From positions 620,001 through 684,000 of the forward strand of contig NW_027271016.1 in assembly GCF_040938485.1 (NCBI RefSeq): a stretch of DNA of 64,000 bases, given 5' to 3'. Below the pieces are notes generated by a model. That model was given only the letters and a program-made list of their open reading frames with translations. It was not told the origin of the DNA and searched no databases. Origin of the DNA: Diadema antillarum. Lineage: Eukaryota. Of the stretch, positions 25,330-39,779 are shown one piece after another. Made by a program: the position numbers and the translations under genes. The stretch's first letter is position 1. The number at the start of each line of letters is the position of its first letter.

Positions 25330-27890
25330 TGGGGTTTTAGTCCCGTATCCCATTAATGCGTTCCTCTTCAGCCATCGGCCCACCGGGATAATAGGTAAAT
25401 CTCCGTGGTGGTCGTGATGTTAATCCGGAACGACATATTAAGTTGTCTCTATCGCGGTTGTCGACATGTGTCTGTTGTTCGTAATTAATGTCTCGATCGT
25501 CGGGCGTCTTCATTTTCGACGTCGATATCAAAATCATTGTGCACAAATCCATACCACTTTCTGACTTGCGACAAGTGACGCATTCTCTTTTCCATGGACT
25601 TTCACCCCATTCAGAGCCTTCTCTTTCGACGACTATACCCAAGTGGCGGGACTGTACCTTAATTATATCTAGTTTATTAGAACAAGGACGCATGACAATC
25701 ACCATGTTACCCTTTGAAATCAGATTTGGGGTGCTTTCACGTTTGCTCTCGATTTCATAATAATCGCTTTGTACTCCGCGTCACTCTTTGAAAGCTGCTG
25801 CGAAGTTGTCAGTATAGTATAGGAGGTGTGATGGTCATTGTTGGAAGTTTCGTGTAAATGTCGCGATTGCATATCAGTTCAGCCGGAGTGATGTGCGCGT
25901 TGCTGGGTGTGGTGTATAAGTAGAAAAGTGTATAAGTCCTGTACTCACCTGAAATGAACTGTGGATCATTGTTTGAGATAATGCCCTGTGGATATCTATC
26001 TCATGCAAAAATTCGATTCAAATAGTTGATAATCGCGTTTGTCAAAGTTGATCTCATTATTTCCATTTCAGCCCACTTGATAGCGCTATCGACAATCACA
26101 GGATAGATTCTTCTGTCAACACAAATCAATATACAAATTTTTGCCATTTACCGGCTAGGTTTGGAGATGGAGAAATCGACTCTTGCAGATGGCGCGGAGC
26201 TTTAGGCTGGCATGCTTGACTCTCGTTAACTAGCGATTCGGCTGAGGTGTCGATGCCAGGCCACCAAACTTTGGTGCGGAGTGCTTGCATAACAGGCTTA
26301 CAATTTCCTCATGAGGCTCGTGGGCGATGGCTTAAGTAAGCGTCCTCATTAGATTCGTCGGTATAAAATTATGACGATCCCAGTACCGCAAAGTTGGATG
26401 TCGTCAATGACACACAAATTCCAACAATAGTAATATTTCGTGACTTCCTAGTCGACGTCATGCTATTTCCTTATCTCTCTACACTGTGTAGATAGCGTCT
26501 CGTCTCTCTCCGTAGCTTCGCATATCTCGATCAGCTCACGACATCGTTCGTGGAACAGCGTAAGCGATGATATAGCGTCAACGTATATATTCATCAGCGA
26601 TGCCATTTTCTCAAAGGAAGATATGCCGTTCACAGCTCAAGACCTCAGCTAACGCTTCCGTTTCAGTTTTGAGAGTATCACCTCTCAAACAGCAGTGAGT
26701 GTATAGTTGCGCCGATGGCGTAGGCTACTGGACGGGTAACTCCATCAATTGTGCCAGTGACAAAGAGTAACATTAAGACTTGTTATAGTTTGTCTGACGG
26801 TTTCGAATGCCTTGCCACGCTTTGAGGTCCATGACCGGGAATATTACTGCGAACAAGCTCTCTCAGTTGCTCCGAGATTGTCGTTATTGTTATATGTCGT
26901 CAATGAACGTGACCAGTAATTGACTTGTTGACGTTAGGCATCCGGCTTCCGTTCTCAAAGTCGTTTGAGAAAAGTATCCGGCCTGACGTCGGGTTCGTCG
27001 ATGCTTTTCCCGAAGACAGTGGTTCGTGTCGTCAGAGATGTTTCTGAATCCTTCTAGTCCACCCAGGGCTTGTTGGATGGTCCACATATGTCCTTGTCAT
27101 GCTTGTCGAGAAGTTCCTTAACCTTATCATCGACTTTCCATCTTAGATGAAAAGAAATGCGGCAGGAGCAGCGGAAGCCTGTAAAAACTTGCGGGCATTT
27201 TTCCTTGAACTCCTCAAGAGCAGCTGAAGAGGAGATTCACGTCTTAAGGTGTGCACGGGCTCAGCAGCCAGAGGTCGATCGCAGTCTTCCTGAGGACTGC
27301 CACCTTCGCCGTCGACCGATGTATGCCCGTCTGCGTCGATTGAGAATTTCCGTAGATTCACCTTGAACTGGCGGGAGCGTCTTCGAAGTGTCTTGGTAAA
27401 AAAAGGCGGACATGGGTGAGAAGCCAGCAGTGGTCGGTTGTCATGTCCATCATGCCTCTCATCCACTCTATAGCGCAGATCTGTTACCGATGTTCGTCGA
27501 AGCCCCGCAGTCGACGATCATGTCTGTAGGGCGAGGCTGATCTCGAGTACGACTACGTACGATGCTGCTCTGTGAAGTTAGCGGTACATGTGTCAATGTG
27601 TCGTTATTAGATAAACCGACGCCGAGTGTCGGCCTCTTCGCTGGCACTGGCGATGTTGAGAAGCGATGTTAAAGTGAGGCTTTTCTCACGACGACGCAAC
27701 TATGGAGGACGTGTACTTGTCGATGAACTGGTTCTGATTGACACATGTACCGTTTTCTATCATGTATTTTTTAACGGAAATTTACGATTGAATTGAAATT
27801 GATCCCCCCCCCCCCCCGTCCGTTAAACTGCCTACTGATATTGATGCCGCTCAAAGGTAGAGTTGGGGTGGGATCAAAATAGCGAAGACA
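25330..27890 (-). mobile_element. Decayed Gypsy (Ty3) retrotransposon remnant, unit 1-2
   Basis: Minus-strand fragments in Gypsy order: gag (DQFIDK), protease DMIVDCGASTNI...EWMRG (~27490-27524), RT QQALGGLEGFRNISDD (ORF 26890-27087), integrase VWWPGID and pol end RSGLTSRPPRRFTYY (ORF 25337-25705). Many stops and deletions; no LTR recognised. Confidence 0.85.
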
Positions 27891-27899
27891 CAAATTCTG

Positions 27900-28105
27900 T
27901 GTATCCATATTTCGTAAATGAAACTTTCGGAATTGGGAACTTCATTTCATTTTCGGATTAACGAACCTTTGGAATAACAAATCTCTTTTTATTCTCGAAT
28001 TGATGAACCTTCAAAAATGAACTTTTTTTCCATTTAGGATTAACGAACCGTCGGAATAACAAATATTTGGAATAACAAACCATCAGAATTACAATAACGA
28101 GCGTG
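27900..28105. mobile_element. Short repeat of TTCGGAATAACGAAC-like units (degenerate MITE) upstream of copy 2
   Basis: Multiple TT(C/T)GGAATAAC(G/A)AA and GGATTAACGAACC units; also at 34310-34522 and 46690-46910. Confidence 0.55.
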
Positions 28106-28148
28106 TTTATTTCCTTGCTGATGGGATCTTTTTCCAGTGACCAGTGTT

Positions 28149-28450
28149 ATGGCTACTTCAGGAACTGAGAGAGAATCTACGGACTATGGAAACCCGCGCG
28201 TTATCATGTGGTGCGTGCCCCGGTCCGTGTCAACCGCTGTGACCAAGTGCATGAGCTTCGTTGAGGGTGCCGAAGTCTGGCTGGAACCGTATATTGCCTC
28301 CAAAGTCATGTGTGACATGTACATCGCCGCCAAAAATTATGACAGATCTTCATTCCCTCTCGAGTACGAAAGCAACGAGGAATTCTATGCAGACTTGACT
28401 AAGACATTCAAGGGGCAATTTATGGACACAGAAAATCCAGATAAGCTGTC
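28149..28450 (+). CDS. Sulfotransferase-fold protein, copy 2, coding exon 1
   Basis: ATG at 28149, 11 nt after a branchpoint/polypyrimidine/CAG acceptor; WCVPRSVST motif; GTGAGT donor at 28451. Confidence 0.88.
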
Positions 28451-29209
28451 GTGAGTACTTTTACGTGAACTTAATATTATCATTCAACTATGATTATTTT
28501 GCAATTGGAACGTATTGATTTAGACTTTGGGACAAGGTCCTGCATAAATTATGATATAGCCCCCTACGCTTAGTGCATGTACTATTGCAAAAAAAAAAAT
28601 AAATGTCAGCTTTGACATGTTCGAATCAAACTAATTTTTGTCCTATCAGTCTGATAAGGGTTCTTTTTATACAAATTCGCAACGAATGCAATGGCTGCGT
28701 TTTTAAATCACCTATATTAACATCTGCATGCATCTCAGAGATTAAACAATGGTCACCAATGCAATTATTGGAATATGCAAACAAACGTTAGGGCCTACAA
28801 ATTTTACAATGCAACGAAATTTGTAAAAACGATTGTGAAAGCTTCTACAAATTAGACTGTTTACAAAGTTCCAGCTGTCTGGTGGAACCCTGGGATGGCC
28901 CAATTCGTTATCTTTCTCTTAGTGTATATTCGTGTGTATGTTTGTGTGAAGGGGTGTCAAGAGCAATGCTCATGGTTGGGTCAAGGGTTTTATGGGGTTC
29001 GGCCCCCCCCCCCTTTTTTTTTTTGTGAGAGCCAAAAGTGTTTGGGGACAGTCACTCCCTTCTTCCGGTTTTGCGATACCCGGGAAAAAGTAGAGTCAAA
29101 TATACCTCTTGACAACCCCCAATTAAATTTCTGTAAAATAAACCCTAATTAGATAATTATCTGTAGAATAAAAGTCTATGCACATCTTTCCTTTTGTATT
29201 TGGGAACAG

Positions 29210-29876
29210 ACCGGCGGCATTGAAGAAGAAGCTTGATTCTATCGACCCAGCAGTACGATTTGTCTTCGTCAAGGACATGGGGTTTGGGATACCCCCATCC
29301 CGCTTCAGATACCTCCCTGACAAAGAAAGTGGCTTCCGGCATTTCTTTTTGATTCGGCACCCGGTCAAGGTCTATAAGTCCTTCCGGAAGGCAGCCCTTG
29401 AGCTTCCTCTACCAGAAGTGGACAAGAAGCCCGACCCAGAGACATTTCACATTCTTTCGAGTCTTCCCCCGACTACTGAAGACACTGAGTTTGCTTTCAT
29501 GTCCCTCCACAGGCTGTGGGGTCACCTCCGTGAGAGGGGCGACGAAGGCATGGTCATCATAGACATCGACGATCTCATAACCGACTCGTCGAAGATGCTC
29601 CCTCGCCTCTTCCACGCTCTCAACATTCCGTACTCTGAGGACCTCCTGACTTGGGACCAGTCCGCCGACGTGGTGCTGAAGTGGCGGAGCGTCTGCTCCA
29701 ACGTGAGAGATGCTCCCCAGTACTCCCAGTGGTTTAAAAGTGCATTCAAGAGCACGTGTTTCAAGCCGTCTTCAACTACAACAACGCTGGAGGGTGTGAC
29801 ACCAGATATTATAGAAGTTGTACAAAAAGAGATGCCCTATTACGAGGAAATGTACAAAATGAGAATAACTCCTTAG
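29210..29876 (+). CDS. Sulfotransferase-fold protein, copy 2, coding exon 2
   Basis: Acceptor GAACAG ends at 29209; LIRHPVKVYKS; spliced CDS is open, 322 aa. Confidence 0.9.
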
Positions 29877-31685
29877 TTAGGTCAATCGATGGAATATAGT
29901 TACTTATATAGAGTAATATAAACTAAAAAGGATTTTGAATGCTTATTTCAGTCACTGGTTACATGCATTTGGGAAAATGATATTTTTTAAACACGAGCAA
30001 AGTATTACTTCATCAGAGACCTTGAAAGGAAACTAAAAATTAACGTCGATACTGGAATAAATGAGCAACAAATATCATCCATTTGTACCGATGCCAGGTA
30101 AATTCATCATGCTCTTTCTGATAGGACAGATACATGCATATAAAAAACTCACTTCTTGACGTTCATTCTGAGCTCATTCCAATATTATCACAAGGTAGTT
30201 TGCATCTACAATATGAGCATGAACAGATAAAGGGCCTGGCACCCCCCGTGTGTCCTTCCAGGGTAAGATGAAGTAGCAACATCACAGCACCTCATGGGGG
30301 GGGGGGAGGCTCCTTCTCTACCTCTCTTACTTTAAGAGAATTTAACCAAAAGATATGTTCTAAATGTCCATACGTAATTATATTCATTATATATGTATAT
30401 ATATATATAGATAGAATAAACCCACATACTTAAAGTGGGTTGAGTGAGAACCCGTTTACGTTTGTGTATTATGTCTGCGTGTAATGCATGTTTGTGTGTG
30501 GGTTTGTTTGTATGTGCGCTATTGTTTCGAGACTACACGTAGTGGACAGATATGCATTGCATCATGCAGTTAAATGCTTTATATTTTTCCTCCCTTCTCC
30601 ACTAAATACAAGTGATCTTTAGAGTGATTCGGTACCTGACATTTTCTGGGAACATCAGGCACCACAATAGGTCGTATGATGTCACGCCTCTGCTCTTTTT
30701 GTAGCATGTGATCGCACGTTACTGTCATACAATGTATAGTATCACTGATATTGAATGAAATTCAAACAAGGAATATAAGGAATATATATATGATCATGTC
30801 CTCTGGTAAAAAAAAAAAAAAAAAATCTAAAAAAATCTTCTATTCGGAAGTAGGTCGATAAATAAAATCCTCAAAGTTATTTGCACCGTTCTACGTGCTC
30901 CACTTTTTACCGTCCTTGATGTAGGTCTGCCTACGATAATGTATGCACAATATGTGTTGCGTGATTGAATGGTCATATCCAAATAGATTTAAAATCTCTT
31001 TGGGCCGTACCATCTTATTTCGCATGGAATACGAATCTGATCCCATAACGTGGTGTAAAGATGTTTAGTTCAAATGAGGTCAAGTGGTTTGGATGACTGT
31101 TGAATCCAAGTTCATGATATTAATTTGGAATGAAATCCGTGTTTATGGGAGAAGTGAGCATAAAATTACATATCCTCTCATACACATTAGGGACTTCATT
31201 CCTTCGTAAAAACACACTGGATATACTAAACATATTGTTCATTGACATTTCGGACTTCCGGTAACATAAAATGGTACGCTCTGAGAGGATTACTGGAGAG
31301 CATGAGAACAGGTAAAGTATGAGAATGCAGAGTGTGGGAATATAACGGTGATAATGACATATTGTAATGAGATGCAAAGAGGTTACAATATCCATTTCCT
31401 TCTTAGACAAAAAATCCTCTTTTTTTTTAATTGAATAACATATGTATTCAGCATAGAATAAGATCACGATGAATCAAATTTCTACATAGGGTCTAAGCAT
31501 AGAGTAGGAGTGGATAGACACTGAGAATAGAATACACCGGAAATTTGCCAGGACAGAATGTGAAGTAATGCCAAAACATGATATGGCGATAGGACGTGAC
31601 ATAGAATATACGGTAGAGGAACAGGAACAGACAATTATATAGCACAGCAGGAACACATCACTATATGAAAGTTCAGTCTTTCTTT

Positions 31686-31723
<38 letters not shown>

Positions 31724-31799
31724 GTGTGTTCACTGAGTTTAGTAGAGTTAATGTTTTCACATTAATGAGTAATTTTTTACCGTTCGCGATAATTATCCT

Positions 31800-34300
31800 G
31801 GGGTTTTAGTCCCGTATCAGAATAATGCGTTTCTCACTGCCCACCGGGATAATAGGTCAATCTCCGTGGTGGTCGTGATGTTAATCCGGAACGACATATT
31901 AAGTTGTCTCTATCGCGGTTGTCGACATGTGTCTGTTGTTCGTAATTAATGTCTCGATCGTCGGGCGTCTTCATTTTCGACGTCGATATCAAAATCATTG
32001 TGCACAATTCCATACCACTTTCTGACTTGCGACAAGTGACGCATTCTCTTTTCCATGGACTTTCACCCCATTCAGAGCCTTTTCTTTCGACGACTATACT
32101 CAAGTGGCAGGGCTGTACCTTCATTGTATCATGGAGCTACTAGTTCCATGATTGTATCTAGTTTATTAGAACGAGGACGCATGACGAATGCCGGTCACCG
32201 TGTTACCCTTTCACTCAGATTCGGGGTGCTCCGAGCTTTCACGTTTTGCTCTCGATTTCATAATATTCGCATTGTACTCCGCGTCGCTCTTTGAAAGCTG
32301 CTGCGAAGTTGTCAGTATAGGAGGTGTGGTGGTCATTGTTGGAAGTTCCGTGTGAATGTCGCGATTGCATATCAGTTCAGCCGGACTGATATGCGCGTTG
32401 CTGGGTGTGGCGTAGGAGTAGAAAAGTGTATAAATCCTGTACTCACCTGAAATGAACTGTGGATCATTGTTTGAGATAATGCCCTGTGGATATCTATCTC
32501 ATGCAAAAATTCGATTCAAATAGTTGATAATCGCGTTTGTCAAAGTCGATCTCATTATTTCCATATCAGCCCACTTGATAGCGCTATCGACAATCACATG
32601 ATAGATTCTTCTGTCCACACAAATCAATATACACATTATGCCATTTACCGGCTAGATTTGGAGATGGAGAAATCGACTCTTGCAGATGGCGCGGAGCTTT
32701 AGGCTGGCATGCTTGACACTCGTTAACTAGCGATTCGGCTGAGGTGTCGATGCCAGGCCACCAAACTTTAGTGCGGAGTGCTTGCATAACAGGCTTACAA
32801 TTTCCTCATGAGGCTCGTGGGCGATGGCTTAAGCAAGCGTCCTCAGACTCGTCGGTATAAAATCATGACGATCCCAGTACCGCAAAGTTGGATGTCGTCA
32901 ATGACACACAAATCTTAACAATGGTAACATTTCGTGACTTCCTAGTCGACGTCATGCTATTTCCTTATCTCTCTACACTGTGTAGATAGCGTCTCGTCTC
33001 TCTCCGTAGCTTCGCATATCTCAGCTCACGACATCGCTCGTGGAACAGCGTAAGCGATGATAGTGTCAACGTATGTATTCATCAGCGATGCTTTTTTTTC
33101 AAAGGAAGATATGCCGTTCACAGCCCCAGACTTCCGTTTCAGTTTGAGAGTATGGCCTCTCAAACAGCAGTGAGTGTACAGCTGGCGTAGGCTTCTGGAC
33201 GGGTAACTCCATCGATTGTCTGTGTTAGGATTGCTCTTTCTAGGGGGCTGGCGTCCACACGGAGGTCGGTGGGAGCCATTATATGTAACACTTGTTAGAG
33301 CTTGTCTGAGAGCTTCGAATGTCTTGTCGTTCGTCGATGCTTTTCCCGAAGACAATGGTGTTGTCGATCGGAGCTGTTTCTAAATCCTTCTAGTCCATCC
33401 ACGGCTTGTTGAATGGTTCACCTATGTCCTTGTCGAGAAATTCCTGCATCTTATCCTCGACTAGCTTTCCTGCTCAGGTCAAAAGAAATGCGGCGGGGAG
33501 GCTGCACAAATGGCTTTACCTTTGGATCGATGTGGATATGTGAACGTGTATAATCGATCAGCTTTCTGAACTTATGAAGCCTGTAAAAACTTGCCGGTAT
33601 TTTTCCTTGAGCTCCGCACGAGCACCTGGAAAGGAGTTTTGCGTCTTAAGGTGTGCACGGGCTCAGCAGCCAGAGGTCGATCACAGTCTGCCTGTTGAGG
33701 GGATTGCCACCTTCACCGTCGAACGATACGTCAGTCTGCGTCGATATGAAAATTCATTTGGATTCACCTCGAACTGGCATCAGGAGCGTCTTCGAGCCGA
33801 TTAGGTCAAAAAGGCTTACATGAGTAGAAGCCACACGTGGTCGTTTGTCATGTCCATCTTGCCCATCATCCACTTTTATCGATACCGTCGTCGAAGTAAC
33901 AAAGTCGACGGTCATATGTCTATAGAGCAAAGCCGATCTCGAGTAGTACGAAGACGATGCTGCTGCTCTGTGAAGTTAGCGGTATGCGCGTCCATGTGTC
34001 GTTATTAGATAAACCGACGCCCGAGTGTCGGCCTCCTCGCTGACTCTGGCGATGTCGTGAAGCGATGTTTGAGTAAGGTTATTCTCACGAAGTAGGCGAC
34101 GACGCAACGAGGAAGACGTGCACTGGTCGATGAACTGGTTCTGATATGATCGTTCATGTCCCATGAGAACGTACAAGATGTTCCAAGAGACTTGACGCGA
34201 TTGCAAAAATCGTCCACCCACCCTCCCGTCCGTTAAACTGCCTACTGATATTTATGCTGCTCGAAGGCAATGTTGGAGGTGGGATCAAAATAGCGAAAGA
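31800..34300 (-). mobile_element. Decayed Gypsy remnant, unit 2-3
   Basis: Integrase LRTKVWWPGIDTSAESLVNECQACQ (ORF 32584-32787); gag YFDPTSNIAFEQ and DDFCNRVKSLGTSCTF..NDHIR / QFIDQCTSSSLRRRLLRE (33976-34300). Colinear with 25330-27890. Confidence 0.85.
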
Positions 34301-34563
34301 CACAAATTTCATGTATCTGTAGGTTCCTAATTCCGAACAAGAAACTTTCGGAATTAGGAACTTCATTTCGTTTTCGGATTAACGAACCTTTGGAATTATA
34401 AACCTCTTTTCATTTTACCTTCAGAAAAACGATTTTTTTTTTTTTTTTTTAGAATTAACGAACCGTCGGAATAACAAATATTTGGAATGACAAACCATCA
34501 GAATTACAATAACGAACGTGTATATTTTCTTGCTGATGGGGTCTTTTTGCAGTGAAGAGTGTT

Positions 34564-34865
34564 ATGGCTACTTCAGGAACTGAGAGAGAATCTACGGACT
34601 ATGGAAACCCGCGCGTTATCATGTGGTGCGTGCCCCGGTCCGTGTCAACCGCTGTGACCAAGTGCATGAGCTTCGTAGAGGGTGCCGAAGTCTGGCTGGA
34701 ACCGTATTTTGTCTCCAGACTCATGTATGACATGTACATCGCCCTCCACAATTGTGACAGATCGTCATTCCCTTTCGAGTACGAAGGCAACGAGGAATTC
34801 TATGCAGACCTCGCTAAGACATTCGACGGGCAAGTTTTAGACATGGCAAATCCGGATATGCTGTC
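34564..34865 (+). CDS. Sulfotransferase-fold protein, copy 3, coding exon 1
   Basis: ATG at 34564 after a TTTTTGCAG acceptor; WCVPRSVST; GTGAGT donor at 34866. Confidence 0.88.
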
Positions 34866-35338
34866 GTGAGTACTTTGGATAGGGCCTACGTGAACTTAAT
34901 ATTATCATTAATTTAACTATGGTTATTTTACAATTGGGACGTATTGATTTGAACTTTGGGACAAGGTCCTGCATAAATCATGCACTATAAGAGTATAAGA
35001 GTAAAAATATGAATTTTAGCTCTGACATGTTCTAACCTAATCATTTTTTTCCTATCAGTCTGCATATGGGTTCCTTTTCATACAAATTCGCAACGAATGC
35101 AATGGCTGCGTTTTCAAAGTAGCCTACATGGCCGCAGCTAATGACCTATATAAAGATCTGCATGCATTTCAGAGATTTGACAATGGTTACCATGGCAATA
35201 ACTGGAATATGCAAACAAACGTTACAAATTTTATAACGTAATGAACTTTTTAAAAATGTTTTAAAATCTTCTACAGAGTCGACTGTTTGCGAAGTTCCAG
35301 TTGTCTGGCAGAACCACGGTGGCCGAATTTCTTATCTT

Positions 35339-35384
<46 letters not shown>

Positions 35385-35609
35385 GGGGTGTCAAGAGCAA
35401 TGCTTATGTTTGTGTCAAGGGTCTTATGGGGTTCGGCCCCCCTTTTTTGTGAGAGTCAAAAGTGTTTGGGGACAGCCCCTCCCCTTACCCCGGTTTTGCG
35501 GTCTCCGCAATAAGTAGAGTCAAATATATCTCCTGACAATCCCTGTTGTTCAATAAATTTCTGTAGAATAAAAATCTATGTACATCTTTCCACTTGTATT
35601 TGGAAACAG

Positions 35610-36276
35610 ACCGGCGGCATTGAAGAAGAAGCTTGATTCTATCGACCCATCAGTACGATTTGTCTTCGTTAAGGACATGGGGTTTGGGATACCCCCATCC
35701 CGCTTCAGATACCTCCCTGATAAAGCAAGCGGCTTCCGGCATCTCTTTTTAATTCGGCACCCGGTCAAGGTCTATAAGTCCTATCGGAAGGCGGCACTTG
35801 AGCTTCCTCTACCAGAAGTGGAGAAGAAGCCCGACCCAGTGACATTTCACGTTCTTTCGAGCCTTCCCCCGTCTACTGAGGACACGGAGTTTGCCTTCAG
35901 GTCCCTCCACAGGCTGTGGGGTCATCTCCGTGAGAGGGGCGACGAAGGCATGGTCATCATGGACATCGACGATCTCATAACCGACCCGTCGAAGATGCTC
36001 CCTCGCCTCTTCCATGCTCTCAACATTCCGTACTCGGAGGACCTCCTCACTTGGGACCAGTCCGCCGACATGGCGCTGAAGTGGAGGAGCGTCTGTCCCA
36101 ACGTGAGAGATTCTTTCCAGTACTCCCAGTGGTTTAGCAATGCATTCAAGAGCACGTGTTTCAAGCCGTCTTCAACTACAACAACGCTAGAAGGCGTGAC
36201 ACCAGATATCATAGAAGTTGTACAAAAAGAGATGCCCTATTACGAGGAAATGTACAAAATGAGATTAACTCCTTAG
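35610..36276 (+). CDS. Sulfotransferase-fold protein, copy 3, coding exon 2
   Basis: Acceptor AAACAG ends at 35609; LIRHPVKVYKS; spliced CDS is open, 322 aa. Confidence 0.9.
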
Positions 36277-36844
36277 TCAGTTAGTTTGGTCATTCGATGT
36301 AGTATGGTTACTTAGAGAGTAATACAAACTAAAAGAGAGTTTGAATATTTACTTCACTCACTTGTTATATGCATTTTGGGAATACGATAATCTTTACACG
36401 AGCAAAGTATTACTTTATCAGAGTCCATGAAATGAAGAAAAAGTAAAGTCCATACTGTTTAGTTGTATACCGATGCCAAGTAAATTCGTCATGCGCTTGC
36501 TTATGGGACTTATGAAAAATAGCATGCAAAATTAATGTACTATATTCTCAGGTTTACGCAGACGACATTATTCACTTTCTTACGTACCACACTACACAAT
36601 GCTTCACGTTGAAAGCAGATACATGCATATAAAACTCACTTCTCGACGTTCATTCTTAGTTCATTCCTATTATCACAAGATAGCTTGCAGGTACAATTTG
36701 AGTAGAAACATATTAGGGTCATGCACCCCCCATGTGTACTTCTAGAGAATGATGTAGCAGCAACACCACAGTACCTCATGGGGGGGGGGGGGAGGAAGAG
36801 GCTCCTAATTCTCTGCCTCTCACTCTCCGCGCTTATGTGTATTA

Positions 36845-37508
36845 AAGGTATAGTTTGGGCCATTCGGAATAGTGATTTTGAAAATGTTAGAGTTATTGAA
36901 TTTCATGCCATGTAGGTCAGTTGTATCACAAAACATCTAACCATATAAAAATTTCGGAATAAAACCTAAAATAGATATCACTATTTTTCTCAATAAGCCA
37001 TAACTGTAGACGGATTATTCTAATGATTTTCTATTGCTCACATTTCGTATATGTATTTAACAATACCTAACATTGATTATCCTGATTACAATTTGTACAT
37101 TTCTGTCTTTCCCTAACTCACATTCTAAAACTATGCATTAAAGCTAAGTTTTTGTTTCATCTGCAAATGGTAAATAATGTCTCACCCTTCCCTCACCATG
37201 TCCTTTGTTTGTCACATTAATATCGCAGAAACATGCAAGTTATGCTGACTCGAGGGGAAGGTGTATTCCAATGTCTTTTGTTAAACATATCAGTACTGTA
37301 GCAATCATTGACAGATGAGGTCACAACAGGAATATTGGTTTGGAAGGTTTTCTTTGTGGGCGTATCCAAGTAATCTGAAGAAAAGTAGAAGGAAATTTAG
37401 TTTTAAAAAATGGACTGTTTCTAGATATTCGTTTCACCGCAAAAGCGATGTTGAGGGTATCATAAATCAACACAAATAAACATGCACTTCATTGTATTTC
37501 AGAGAACC
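36845..37508. mobile_element. Kolobok-like (TTAA-AGG...CCT-TTAA) sequence in the 3' flank of copy 3
   Basis: The left part is homologous to the TTAAAGGT...GGAATAGTGATTT element at 8371. It ends CCT-TTAA just before flank homology resumes. The two ends do not form a good TIR, so it may be composite. Confidence 0.45.
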
Positions 37509-38026
37509 TTTAAATGGTTTATATTTTTCTCCCTTCTCCACTAAACACATGTACTCTATAAAATGATTCGGTACTTGGCATTGTTTTGGAACATCAGGCG
37601 CCACTAGGTCGTATTACATGGTGTCACGCCTCTCCTCTTTTTAGAGCACGCCATCGCACCGTATAATATGATCATGTCTACTGCGATAAGAAGCTTTTCT
37701 GCTGTGTTCTTTACGGAAGTGGTTAAATGAATAAAATCCTCGAAAGTTATTTGCATCGTTCTACTTGCTCCACTCTTTACTTGATGTACCGAATATACTG
37801 TATGCACAATTGTGTTTCATGATTGTATGGTTATGCCCAAATAGATCTGGAATTTCTTTGGGTCATACCATTATGTTTACATAAAATGCGAAATTGATTC
37901 CATAACGTGATGTAAAGATGTATAGGCCAAATAAAGTCAAGTGGTTTGGATGACTGTGAAATCCAAGTTTCATGAAATCCGTGTTTATGCGAGAAGTAAG
38001 CATAGAATTACACATTCTCTCGCACG

Positions 38027-38367
38027 TCGGCGTTGCCGGGTCCCAACAGAACAAAATCACCAAAAGGCATGGGGAAAATCACCAAAACTCATAAAATTTG
38101 GAAAAGTGTAATTTAGGCTTCGATTTAGAGTCGAACAAAAACTGGTTCATAGCCGATCGTGTCAATAAACCTTTATCAAACACTCTAAATGATATTTAGG
38201 GGAAAATGCATTTTCTTTTTTATTGGTGTTGAAATAAGAATAAAAATCACCAAACACTGATTTGATAACTAGGCTAAAATTTTGTCACCAAGGTTTTCCG
38301 AAAGAAAAAAAAAAATCACCAAATTTCACCATTTTTGGTGACCGAAACCACCATCTGGCAAACACGG
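38027..38367. mobile_element. hAT-like MITE, present only in unit 3
   Basis: Degenerate GTTGCC / TGGCAA ends and repeated AAAATCACCAAA subterminal motifs; absent from the equivalent position in units 1 and 2. Confidence 0.5.
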
Positions 38368-39090
38368 GAAGTACTCATTCCTTCGCAAAAACGTACTGGA
38401 TATACTATAAACACAATGTACATTTACATTTCGGACTTCCGGTAACATAAACTGGTGTGTTCGGAAAAGATTAATGGAATATACATGAGAACAGGTAAAG
38501 TACAGTGTATATGAGAATGAATGAGTGTGGGAAGAAGGTGACAGATATGACGGATTGTAATGAGATGCAATGAGGTTGCAATATCCATTTCCTTTTTTAG
38601 ACAAAAAGTCCCATTCTTTTCATCGAATAACATATGGATTCTTTCTACATAGGGCCTAAGCATAGGAATCTGATGCGAAAGATACACAATCATCTTCTAT
38701 CAATCTTCTATAAGTGAAGTATGAGAATATACACTGTAGAATATACATTATCTGAAATTCTGTAAAACGCGTATCTAGTTCTCAAAGTCTTTCGTTAATT
38801 CTATCAAAACCACACTTCTCGAATGTTTTTGGGTATGGTGGCGATATGCTAAGGGATACATCACATGGATTGTATTCAACTGACTTCCATAAATTGAGTT
38901 TATCGACGTGAATATGAATATAAAATTCATAGTATCACAAACAAGTTGCATTCTAAATTATCTTGTAAACTTCAACACATTTATTATGATTCGTCAAGTA
39001 TGAATTTCGCAAAGACAATCGTATCATCGTTATATTTGGCACATAAAATTATGTAGAGAAACTCATACTCTACATGACTGCTCATTTGAA

Positions 39091-39779
39091 TTTTTCAAAG
39101 TCGCCCATAGAAGGCGCTTTTTACCAAAATATAAAGAAATACATAGGAAACTATAAATGCTAAAAACATGATTTTGGTCGAGCTCACAGGAGGTGCGGGG
39201 ACTCTAAGGAGTTCGTCTACGGCGTCTGTCCGTCCGTCCGTAACGCTACAAAAACTTGAATAACTCTCTATAATGAGGACTTCAATTTCAATCAAACTTG
39301 GAAGGAAGAGTGGTTATACAAAGCTACACATTTTACCAAACACGAAGGTCACCTCAAGGTCAAAGGTCACAGGTAGGGGTCAATAAACTTTAGGGCCCAA
39401 AGTTAAGTTTTACGGCGCGTTTCGATTATTGCTCATAACTTTTGATCCTTATGTCCGTTTGTGACCAAACTTGTATGGTAGATGTCCCTTGGGGAGTTGA
39501 AGTTTATCACACGGTCAAAGGTCACAGACAAGGGTCAACGAACTGTTAGGGCCCAATGTTAAGTTTTTACGGAGCGTTTCGATCATGGCTTATAACTTTT
39601 GATCCCTACAATGTATGTCTGTCTGTGACCAAACTTGGCTGGTAAATTTCCCTTGGGGAGTTGAAGGTCTCAACAAGGTGAAAGGTCATAGGAAGGGTCA
39701 ATGAACTTCCGGGAGTTAAAAAAACATTAATTTCTTCTACACTAATGGGCGAGACACATCTTGGCACAATTGCCTTGTT
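39091..39779 (+). mobile_element. Helentron-associated (HINE-like) non-autonomous element
   Basis: T-run start, (GTCC)n microsatellite near 39228-39240, about 2.3 tandem copies of a ~155-160-bp GGTCAAAGGTCA unit, 3' GGGCGAGAC, then hairpin GGCACAATTGCC and TTGT. Confidence 0.6.

Noticed and set aside
25942-25951. Strong minus-strand splice donor CAG/GTGAGTA (also near 32445)
   Set aside because: Falls in decayed integrase codons (the SDNGPQF.S.E region); no partner exon identified.
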